Shown here: piece after piece, positions 1 through 6,968 of the stretch
How positions within the stretch are numbered: position 1 is the first letter of the stretch
Layout: each line of letters starts with the position of its first letter
Assembly (NCBI GenBank): GCA_037137375.1
Contig: JBAXKJ010000060.1
Span: 1-14,387 of the forward strand
Direction of reading: 5' to 3'
DNA length: 14,387 nt
Source of the DNA: Prolixibacteraceae bacterium
GTDB taxonomy: Bacteria > Bacteroidota > Bacteroidia > Bacteroidales > Prolixibacteraceae
Program-made: the position numbers and the translations under genes
The notes under the pieces: generated by a model
What the model was told of the DNA's origin: nothing
Databases searched by the model: none
What the model saw: only the letters and a program-made list of their open reading frames with translations

Positions 1-224
1 TTTCTGTGTATTCCTATTTTCCGAAAACTGTGTATTGTTATTTTCCGATTACAGATGAGAAAGGATTTATATTTAGGATGAGAAAGTAATATTGAATCTT
101 TTAACTCTTGAATGGTAACTTTCTCCTTGTGAAAAGTTGCAGTGGAGTTTAAAACGTAATAGTCATAGATTTCCTTTACAATTGGCAAATCTTCTTCTTT
201 TATTTCAAAATATTCAGTGCTCAT
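1..224 (-). CDS. GNAT-family N-acetyltransferase-like protein, 5' part only (start codon at 224, runs off the window start)
   Basis: Manual reverse-strand translation from the ATG at 224-222 gives MSTEYFEIKEEDLPIVKEIYDYYVLNSTATFHKEKVTIQELKDSILLSHPKYKSFLICNRKITIHSFRKIGIHR... with no stop before position 1. The N-terminal pattern (EIY..YV.NSTATF..E.VT.QEL...HPKYKSFLI) resembles PAT/YncA-type GNAT N-termini. An AAGGAG motif sits 15 nt upstream of the ATG. It is not in the supplied ORF track, probably because no stop codon falls in the window. Confidence 0.4.
   Translation of the reverse strand, partial: MSTEYFEIKEEDLPIVKEIYDYYVLNSTATFHKEKVTIQELKDSILLSHPKYKSFLICNRKITIHSFRKIGIHR
4..51. repeat. 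24-bp tandem repeat, two copies, 20/24 identical, truncated by the window edge
   Basis: Copy 1 is ctgtgtattcctattttccgaaaa (4-27) and copy 2 is ctgtgtattgttattttccgatta (28-51). Both lie inside, and in frame with, the GNAT-like ORF, giving the peptide repeat NRKITIHS / FRKIGIHR. Confidence 0.7.
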
Positions 225-307
225 ATTAACCCAAATTTCTTTAGTAACTCCTTATTTAATCCTGTTTGCCATTATCATTTCTTCAATGGGTATATATTCG
301 CCACTCG

Positions 308-574
308 TCAGATATCTGAGTTCATTTCCTTTAGCCATTTTTCAGTGGCTTCTAACTTGCCATTTACCCATTGAGCGTAACCCCACCTAATTGCTATGAA
401 GGCAATCTTTGTGCCGTCATGCATTGAGAACCTATTTCTGATAATTCTTTCATCTTGACCCAGAAGAGGTGGCAAAAATCTGCGAGTTGTATCAGTAAAT
501 CCCAGACCCTGCTCTATCCATGGTTGGCAGGAGAATGGATTTTTGTCCTTTTCAATTATTCCAATTTCAATCAT
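308..574 (-). CDS. hypothetical 88-aa protein
   Basis: ORF from the track with an AT-rich, promoter-like 400-bp region upstream (575-976). It is co-directional with the GNAT-like gene, 84 nt downstream. I recognise no family from the sequence. Confidence 0.35.
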   Translation of the reverse strand: MIEIGIIEKDKNPFSCQPWIEQGLGFTDTTRRFLPPLLGQDERIIRNRFSMHDGTKIAFIAIRWGYAQWVNGKLEATEKWLKEMNSDI

Positions 575-976
575 AACTTATATTATTCTAATTAGAGAAC
601 CACTTTCTTTGCAAAGTTCTACTTTCCCTTGGTTTATTTTTAATATGTTCATTATTAAATTATTAATCAATAAATATAACGAAAAATAAATTAGAATTTC
701 TTAAACAATTAGAAAGAAAAATTACAAAATTCACTCATTTAGTAAATGATAAGAATGGGAGCTTTCACATGGAATGGAAAAAACGGTGAGATGCAAAAAA
801 ATATCGAAATATTATGAAGCATTATTTAACTTTTAGTGCATTCAAGGATCTAATAAATTAAAATGAAGAAATTTGCCTGGATTATTGTATTGAAAACAAA
901 TCTTTATCCAAATAAAGCCTCGATTGACTCAAAACAACATCAACCAGAAAAATAGAAACTTTTAAATTAACTCGAA

Positions 977-1798
977 ATGAAACGAAAACTATTGTATTTA
1001 AGCACTTTACTAGGACTTGTTGTTCTTGCATTTATCTATTCCTGCCAGAAAGATAGTGGTACCAAGGCTGTTGATAACACTCCTTTTAATGACAATTCTG
1101 TGGAGAAAAATGCGATTGTTGCCACCACAACTTTCGAAGCTATCAGTGATTTTGCCCAGGCTGGATTTATTTCAACTAATCTTAAAGCAGGTGATATTAC
1201 TGTAGGAAGCTGCCCAACAGTTACGGTCAATTATTTGACCCAACCCTATTCAATTTCATTAAACTGGGGATCGGAATGTAACGGTAGTTCCGGAAAGATA
1301 GATATTAGCATGAACGGCTTAATGACTACCAAAGAAAATGTTGCCACTTTTAAAATTGAAAACGTTGTCGTTGATGGAAAGAAAGTTTCAGGTACCACAA
1401 AAATCACCTATTCAGGTCCAAATCCAGGTAACAACTGGCCAAGATATGACTTTGTTTCAGAAGGTAAAATTGTATTTGCTGATAACAGTTTCATCACTTT
1501 TCGCTATGATGGTGTAAGGCTTCTTGCCGATGGTGCGAGCACAGTTTCCATACTTGACGATCTATGGAGGACAGAAATCCACAGTGCAAACGGTGTCAAC
1601 AAGGACGGTACTACCTGGACGGCTAAATCCACAAAAGTCATGATCAAAAAAGGTGACTGCAAATGGTACAATAGCGGAACCTACGAAATTACTCCTTCCA
1701 AAGGCGACAAGATGACCATCGATTTCGGAGATGGTGCTTGTGATAATAAAGCCCGTTTGACAGTCGGAAGTAAAGTGACCGATATTACGCTGCCATAA
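977..1798 (+). CDS. secreted lipoprotein, unknown function (Cys-rich, beta-rich)
   Basis: N-terminus MKRKLLYLSTLLGLVVLAFIYSC has a signal peptide and a lipobox Cys (SPase II type). The mature part is rich in T/S/G/N/K, consistent with beta structure, and has four further Cys (GSCPTV, SECNG, GDCKWY, GACDNK) that could form two disulfides. The upstream region is AT-rich. Confidence 0.7.
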   Translation: MKRKLLYLSTLLGLVVLAFIYSCQKDSGTKAVDNTPFNDNSVEKNAIVATTTFEAISDFAQAGFISTNLKAGDITVGSCPTVTVNYLTQPYSISLNWGSECNGSSGKIDISMNGLMTTKENVATFKIENVVVDGKKVSGTTKITYSGPNPGNNWPRYDFVSEGKIVFADNSFITFRYDGVRLLADGASTVSILDDLWRTEIHSANGVNKDGTTWTAKSTKVMIKKGDCKWYNSGTYEITPSKGDKMTIDFGDGACDNKARLTVGSKVTDITLP

Positions 1799-1823
1799 TT
1801 GTTGAACAAGTCAATATAAAAGG

Positions 1824-1872
1824 TAATGGTGCAGAAAATAGTTGATAAAACTATTTTTTGCACCATTACCAC
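1824..1872. terminator. perfect 22-bp-stem hairpin between convergent genes (candidate bidirectional terminator)
   Basis: ggtaatggtgcagaaaatagtt-gataaa-aactattttttgcaccattacc: the arms are exact reverse complements except for one G/T position. It lies 26 nt after the lipoprotein stop. On the minus strand it is followed by TTTTAT. There is no canonical U-tract on the plus strand. Confidence 0.45.
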
Positions 1873-2041
1873 AAAAATCCATCAAAACCCATATGGATAA
1901 AGGATTTGGGCGCACACCGATCAGTGGTATGTACATTATTACACCAATCTGGAAGCTACGCGTTCCAGAAAACCAATGGACAAGCCTACTGTTGAAAATA
2001 CTGTTTACCAGTCTTGCTGAAATCAGTTGAATATCCCATTT

Positions 2042-3880
2042 TTATTCAGTTTTAGTAGTATTACCTTCAGTTAATCTGTTTGCATTTTTGAGAACTTCAA
2101 ATCCAAGAAGTGCGTCAATTGTAGAACCAGTTCCACTACCACCATTTCCATTACCACTGCCAGCGATAAGAACTTGTGGCATAATATTAACCTTATTTTT
2201 ACCAATTTCTTCAATAATCTTAAATTGTGCAAAGTTGTTATTACCCATCGCATCAACAGCCAATTTATAAGCTTCTGCTGTTGCAGTACCTACTGCAAGA
2301 GTAGCACTTGCTTCGCCTTTGCCAATTACTTCTTTCTGATATGCATCAGCTTCAGATTTAATCTTTATTGATTCACCAACACCTCTTGCAGTTTCAATTG
2401 CTGCATTAGCATTTTTCTTAGAAATTTCAACTCCTAAGTCTGCACCTACAAGTTGTCCCTGCATATTTGCAATGGCAGTTTGTTTTTCAAGATCCTGTTT
2501 TGTCAACTGAGCCATTTTTTGAGTGGTGAAAGTTTTTTCCTGCTCACCAGCAATTTTACGATCAGTCAATGTCTTCATCAATTCTTCTGGTGGAACAATG
2601 TCTCCAATCAAAGTGTCAACAGCTGTTACATTATATACATCAAGAACATTCTTAATGTGCATCTTTGCTTCTTGCTGTCTTTCAGAACGAGTTACTAAGA
2701 AATCAATAACATCTGAATTCTGCGCACTATTACGGAAATAGTTACCAATTGTTGGTTCAAGAACCTGTGAAACAAGATTTTTAACAGAACCAAATCGTGC
2801 AATAACCATAGGTGCATTAGTATAAGAAATGTTGATGATCTGAGAAACATCAAGATTGAATTTAAAACCATCTTTTGAACGAACTGTAATAGTACAAAGT
2901 TTGTCATCAAGGTTGTGCGCTTCTGTACGAGCGTTAGCCCAGTTTAATACAATGTTAAATGTTGGAACAACTTCAACACGCATAATCTTTGTATTGATTG
3001 GATATTTACCTGGATCAAGAGTTGTTTTCCAAACACCTTTTTTACCCTTTTCTACAATGTTACCATGTATAAAATCTGATCCTGATACGTCAATACCTTC
3101 TGGTCCAACATAAGAAACAACAACACCAGCATTTGAAATTGGAATTTCTGTCATAGGAATTTCTTCAACATTAACAAACCAAGGATTGAAGTTATAAGAA
3201 CCTGATAATACAACTTGTTCTTGCAAACCTCTACGACCACCATTTGCTAAAAATGCATCAGGGTCTTGAAAGTTGTTATGACCCAAAATATGAGGACCAG
3301 CAATTGATCCTTGTTCCAATGGTTCACCATCTAGAATTGTAATAATACCAACAGCGTTTGGTGAAATTCTTACAATATCAAAATTAGTGACTTTGAAAAG
3401 TCTGTGATTGATACGATAAGTACCTGCTGTTAGAAATTGTGTCTGACGTCCTTTTTGACCACCATTAGTTAAGAATGCTTTTGCATCTTGAAAATTTTGG
3501 CATTCTACTTTTCTGGCAAGGATTCTACCAACTGGAATTTCTTTACCACCTTCAGCTTGAACTAGTCCAATCTGACCTTTTTCAATAACCAAAAGAGGCT
3601 CAATATCAATTCCATATTGCCAAGGCCAATACCAAAAATAAACACCTGGTTTCAACACTTCTGCCTGAATACCAGATTCTCCATTACATGCAAAAATCTC
3701 ACCTTCTTTAAGGATCTTATTTGCACCAAATAATTTGAATTTTTTCGTTACAATACCAACTTTATCTTCTGGTATAATCCAAATACCAAACAAACGGAAA
3801 GTCCATTTGTAGAAAACAATAATTAATAAAACGGGTAAAATCCAACCCCAAGCGATTAATAGATCCACTGTCTGATTCAT
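2042..3880 (-). CDS. flotillin-family SPFH/band-7 membrane protein (YqiK-like)
   Basis: 651-aa ORF on the track. The likely true start is the internal Met at 3880 (MNQTVDLLIAWGWILPVLLIIVFYKW, an N-terminal TM helix) rather than 3997. The SPFH core has an internal duplication (ECQNFQDAKAFLTNGGQKGRQTQFLTAGTYRINHRLFKV versus GHNNFQDPDAFLANGGRRGLQEQVVLSGSYNFNPWFVNV). The C-terminus is Ala/Glu-rich and coiled-coil-like (AEAYKLAVDAMG), ending in a Gly/Ser tail, as is typical of flotillins. Confidence 0.85.
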   Translation of the reverse strand: MNQTVDLLIAWGWILPVLLIIVFYKWTFRLFGIWIIPEDKVGIVTKKFKLFGANKILKEGEIFACNGESGIQAEVLKPGVYFWYWPWQYGIDIEPLLVIEKGQIGLVQAEGGKEIPVGRILARKVECQNFQDAKAFLTNGGQKGRQTQFLTAGTYRINHRLFKVTNFDIVRISPNAVGIITILDGEPLEQGSIAGPHILGHNNFQDPDAFLANGGRRGLQEQVVLSGSYNFNPWFVNVEEIPMTEIPISNAGVVVSYVGPEGIDVSGSDFIHGNIVEKGKKGVWKTTLDPGKYPINTKIMRVEVVPTFNIVLNWANARTEAHNLDDKLCTITVRSKDGFKFNLDVSQIINISYTNAPMVIARFGSVKNLVSQVLEPTIGNYFRNSAQNSDVIDFLVTRSERQQEAKMHIKNVLDVYNVTAVDTLIGDIVPPEELMKTLTDRKIAGEQEKTFTTQKMAQLTKQDLEKQTAIANMQGQLVGADLGVEISKKNANAAIETARGVGESIKIKSEADAYQKEVIGKGEASATLAVGTATAEAYKLAVDAMGNNNFAQFKIIEEIGKNKVNIMPQVLIAGSGNGNGGSGTGSTIDALLGFEVLKNANRLTEGNTTKTE

Positions 3881-4061
3881 AAAAATTGTTTTTAAATTAA
3901 TTATTAATGTTTGTAGCAAATTCCGGTGATATTGAGCACCCAATTCCGATTGAAAGTGAGCAGTCATTCGATCTTCAAAAACAAAGAACTTTATCAAGCT
4001 ATTTCTGGTTAATTCAAAGATAAATATTTCCCGGTTTATTGCCTAGTTAGAAGACAGATTA

Positions 4062-4220
4062 TCAAATATAGATTGTTGCCCCCTCTTTTTTCTCATTGAT
4101 TCGCCCTTTAATTCCAATAGGTGTGACTGGTTACACTATCCGGTCCATAATAGCATCAGCCACAGTTTTTTCGCCAATAATGTCGTACCATCTTTCAACC
4201 GGAAGCTGAGAGGTAATCTT
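4062..4220 (-). mobile_element. 3'-terminal remnant of an IS21-family istB (helper ATPase) gene
   Basis: The last ~30 codons of ORF 4131-4427 read ITSQLPVERWYDIIGEKTVADAIMDRIV. This matches my memory of the IstB C-terminal region; the recalled residues are approximate. After the TAA at 4131-4133 the same frame continues PVTPIGIKGRINEKKEG, which I take to be a degenerate IELKGESMRKK-like IstB tail. No IstB body and no istA are present. Confidence 0.4.
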
Positions 4221-4427
4221 ATCAAGGATGATTTTTTGTAGGTATTCTCCATTTGGACAGTCTGGCTTGAGTCTTTTCTCCTTGAAATCCCAGAAAGAGG
4301 GATCAACTGAGATACCCATACTTTGATACTTCCTCCTACCCTTCTGGCTTATCTGGAAAAACAATGGACATTCGCCATTGGAAAGAGGTTTGTACTTCCA
4401 AGATACAACAGAAATAGTGGCATTCAT
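4215..4427 (-). pseudogene. tyrosine integrase, N-terminal arm-DNA-binding domain only (truncated and fused to the istB remnant)
   Basis: MNATISVVSWKYKPLSNGECPLFFQISQKGRRKYQSMGISVDPSFWDFKEKRLKPDCPNGEYLQKIILDKITS follows the Bacteroidota integrase N-terminal pattern (compare IntDOT MKSTFSILFYLRKSK..GEVPIYVRITVNGQRTEFSTKRFINPTKW..). The core-binding and catalytic domains are absent. The gene lies 108 nt from the 3' end of tRNA-Arg on the same strand. Confidence 0.55.
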
Positions 4428-4434
4428 GACATTT

Positions 4435-4455
4435 GGTTAACATCCAGGTTAACAT
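4435..4455. repeat. direct repeat GGTTAACAT-cca-GGTTAACAT immediately upstream of the integrase remnant start codon
   Basis: Read directly from 4435-4443 and 4447-4455. Each copy contains the palindrome GTTAAC. Confidence 0.5.
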
Positions 4456-4535
4456 TTTTGCCACATATTCAAGTAAAAAAAGAAAAAATCAGCTAATTAC
4501 AAAAATTGTAACTAACTGATTTATATGATAATCTG

Positions 4536-4608
4536 TGATCCAGCTTGGGATCGAACCAAGAACCTACAGCTTAGAAGGCTGTTGCTCTATCCATTGAGCT
4601 ACTGGACC
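4536..4608 (-). tRNA. tRNA-Arg (anticodon TCT)
   Basis: The minus-strand sequence folds by hand into a cloverleaf.
- Acceptor: GGTCCAG/CTGGATC, 7 bp with one G-T pair.
- D-arm: GCTC-AATGGATA-GAGC.
- Anticodon arm: ACAGC-CTTCTAA-GCTGT, so anticodon TCT.
- Variable loop: AGGTT.
- T-arm: CTTGG-TTCGATC-CCAAG.
- Discriminator A; no encoded CCA. Confidence 0.9.
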
Positions 4609-4632
4609 GGCCTGAATTGGGTGCAAAACTAA

Positions 4633-4671
4633 GAAAAAATCCCTGAATCGGAAACGGTTCAGGGATTTTTG
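4633..4671. terminator. rho-independent terminator (bidirectional-capable) downstream of asnA
   Basis: aaaaaATCCCTGAAtcggaaacggTTCAGGGATttttt. The 9-bp perfect stem (4639-4647 and 4658-4666) is flanked by an A-tract and a T-tract. On the minus strand it is followed by TTTTTTCTT, 90 nt after the asnA stop. Confidence 0.65.
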
Positions 4672-4754
4672 TCTGTATGTAAAGGATAATACTGTGAACA
4701 ACGAATGGATCACATCTTAAAGCTGAATAATGATCCCTGGTAAGCTTGGTTTAA

Positions 4755-5789
4755 TTACACCATGAAGATGTTATGATCAGCACATTGCTGAACCATTTCT
4801 TCCGGCCAAAGGCTCGCCTGCACCTCTCCAATGTGCGCTTTGCGAAGGAGATACATGCAAAGCCTGGACTGTCCGATGCCTCCACCTATTGAAAGCGGCA
4901 GTTCATCCTTCAATAATTTCTTGTGGAAAAGTAACTCCTTGCGGTTATTGGCGCCGGCAATTTCCAGCTGCTTCAGCAATGCATCCTTGTCGACCCTTAT
5001 ACCCATGGAAGAGATCTCAAATGGTTGTTGAAGAACTGGATTCCATATCAGGATATCGCCGTTCAGTCCCTTGAATCCTCCTTCATTTGGGGTAGTCCAG
5101 TCATCATAGTCTGGCGCCCTTCCATCATGAATCTCGCCGTTACTCAATTTACCACCGATACCAATGATGAAAACCGCCCCGTATTCTTTCGTAATTTCAT
5201 ACTCTCTTTCCTTGGGAGTCAGTTTAGGGAAACGTTTCAGCAACTCTTCCGAATAAATAAAGGTAATCTCTTCCGGAAGCAGCGGTTTGATAGTCGGATA
5301 GTTTTCATAGACGACAAATTCCGCTCTCAATAAAACTGCATATATCTGATTAACAATCTTTTTAAGATATTCAATATTTCTTTGCTTGGCGGAAATCACC
5401 TTTTCCCAATCCCATTGGTCGACATACAGTGAGTGAATGTTGGTCAGCTCTTCATCGGGTCTAATCGCATTCATATCGGTGTAAATGCCATATCCTGCAG
5501 GTATGCCGTATTGCCCCAGCATCATCCTTTTCCATTTAGCCAATGATTGCACGACCTCTGCCTTCGCATCGTTCATCTCCTTGACGGCAAAGGAAACGGG
5601 ACGTTCGATGCCGTTAAGGTCGTCGTTAATACCGGTTCCGTTCAGCACAAAAAGTGGGGCAGTAACCCTTCTAAGGCGCAATTCAGAGGAAAGGTTCTCC
5701 TGAAAAAAATCCTTAATTAGCTTGATCGCCTTCTCTGTCTGTTTCAGATCGAGTTTCGCTTTATAATTCTCCGGGAAAAATAATTTCAT
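4755..5789 (-). CDS. asnA: aspartate--ammonia ligase (asparagine synthetase A)
   Basis: 344-aa protein with the AsnA length and motifs (LSSELRLRRVTAPLF, GIGGKLSNGEIHDGRAPDYDDW, GGGIGQSRLCMYLL). Confidence 0.9.
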   Translation of the reverse strand: MKLFFPENYKAKLDLKQTEKAIKLIKDFFQENLSSELRLRRVTAPLFVLNGTGINDDLNGIERPVSFAVKEMNDAKAEVVQSLAKWKRMMLGQYGIPAGYGIYTDMNAIRPDEELTNIHSLYVDQWDWEKVISAKQRNIEYLKKIVNQIYAVLLRAEFVVYENYPTIKPLLPEEITFIYSEELLKRFPKLTPKEREYEITKEYGAVFIIGIGGKLSNGEIHDGRAPDYDDWTTPNEGGFKGLNGDILIWNPVLQQPFEISSMGIRVDKDALLKQLEIAGANNRKELLFHKKLLKDELPLSIGGGIGQSRLCMYLLRKAHIGEVQASLWPEEMVQQCADHNIFMV

Positions 5790-5883
5790 TTACTTGAATG
5801 TTGATAGTTTCTGCAATAATACGAACTAAAAAAGATATGGCAAAGATGGCTACCGCGGAAAGTACATTTGACGGAAATGAAAC

Positions 5884-6954
5884 CTATCGGGCAAAATACA
5901 TATAAATGGCAAACGTAGCCAGCCAGTGTGTTCCTAAATAATTCTCCGAGATGACATGAGGCAAGGCATCCCGGGCGTGCTCATCACCGGTTTTTTTCAG
6001 TACTTTGGCCATTGCGTAACCTGCAGGAAGTGCTTTTGCCACTTCAAACATGCACCAGGCACGGCTTAGATTTAGTCCGTCGAGATGCACGCCCGTTGGA
6101 TCTGCCCTATTCGCTACCACGGCCGGGTGCTGAAGGGATGGAGGCAGAACGGGCAGAAAATCTTTGAACCACTTCTCAAATTCGACCTTTGTCAGGACCC
6201 GGCGCATGAGATCTGCTTCAATGAGTGCCGGGGAGAAGAAATCATCCCCTTCCGGTTCCCAGGCTGCAGGAATATTCTTATCCTTAAGGTAGTAAAATCG
6301 ACTGCGCTCGAGGAGTAATTTCTCAAATTCCTTATCGGCCATCGCCCGTGCGTAGTCGAGCGCGAACGAAATCCCAAAAGCCGTATTGGCATGGACTCCC
6401 CTCCTAAGCGGATAGTACAATCCTGGTAAGTACGTCTTATAATTGGCAACAACCTGTTGAGCAAGGGGTTTCAGAATGCCGAACCACTTTTCACCCAAAG
6501 GATTGTCCCAGGAGGAAAGTTCAATGGATAATTTCAGCAGCCAACTCCAGCCATAGGGCCTTTCGTAACTGATACGATCCTTGGCTTTCAGATAAGCAAC
6601 TTCAGCAGCAATATTGGCGGGAGTCAGCGATAAATTGATGGCACTGATAATGGAATCCCGTGCTGGCAGATCAGGAAATTCCTTGAGGAGTTTCACAAGG
6701 AGCCAGTGACCATGAACGGATGAGTGCCAGTCGTAACATCCGTAGAAGACGGGATGCAGCTGGGAGGGGGTGCCTACGTCCTTGTCAGACTGCATCGAGT
6801 GTGAGAGGTTGTTGGCATATTCTGTATGGATACATTTGAAGGCGAGGCGCGCCATTCTTCCAGCCTGTTGGCGATCGAGTTTAAGCATATCCTGAGCATT
6901 GACTGCCAATGAACTCAGCAAAACCAGGACTAACAAAAAAAATACTTTCCTCAT
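5884..6954 (-). CDS. secreted DUF2891-family protein
   Basis: Signal peptide MRKVFFLLVLVLLSSLAVNAQ. The conserved FYGCYDWHSSVHGHW block is one I recognise from the DUF2891 family. 356 aa. Confidence 0.65.
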   Translation of the reverse strand: MRKVFFLLVLVLLSSLAVNAQDMLKLDRQQAGRMARLAFKCIHTEYANNLSHSMQSDKDVGTPSQLHPVFYGCYDWHSSVHGHWLLVKLLKEFPDLPARDSIISAINLSLTPANIAAEVAYLKAKDRISYERPYGWSWLLKLSIELSSWDNPLGEKWFGILKPLAQQVVANYKTYLPGLYYPLRRGVHANTAFGISFALDYARAMADKEFEKLLLERSRFYYLKDKNIPAAWEPEGDDFFSPALIEADLMRRVLTKVEFEKWFKDFLPVLPPSLQHPAVVANRADPTGVHLDGLNLSRAWCMFEVAKALPAGYAMAKVLKKTGDEHARDALPHVISENYLGTHWLATFAIYMYFAR

Positions 6955-6968
6955 CTCATTTCACATTT

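Noticed and set aside
862-955. 30-codon ORF MKKFAWIIVLKTNLYPNKASIDSKQHQPEK in the AT-rich region upstream of the lipoprotein gene; the start looks like a signal peptide.
   Set aside because: It is too short. It is out of frame with the lipoprotein gene and there is no conservation evidence. It is most likely chance in AT-rich DNA or a dead fragment.
1842-2030. 62-aa ORF in the lipoprotein-flotillin intergenic region.
   Set aside because: It overlaps the hairpin, has odd composition, and lacks a start context. It is probably non-coding.
4121-4136. Near-palindrome GTGTGACTGGTTACAC at the integrase/istB remnant stop codon.
   Set aside because: The palindrome is imperfect (GTGTGAC versus GTGTAAC). 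It overlaps the degenerate IstB tail coding sequence and there is no second copy.
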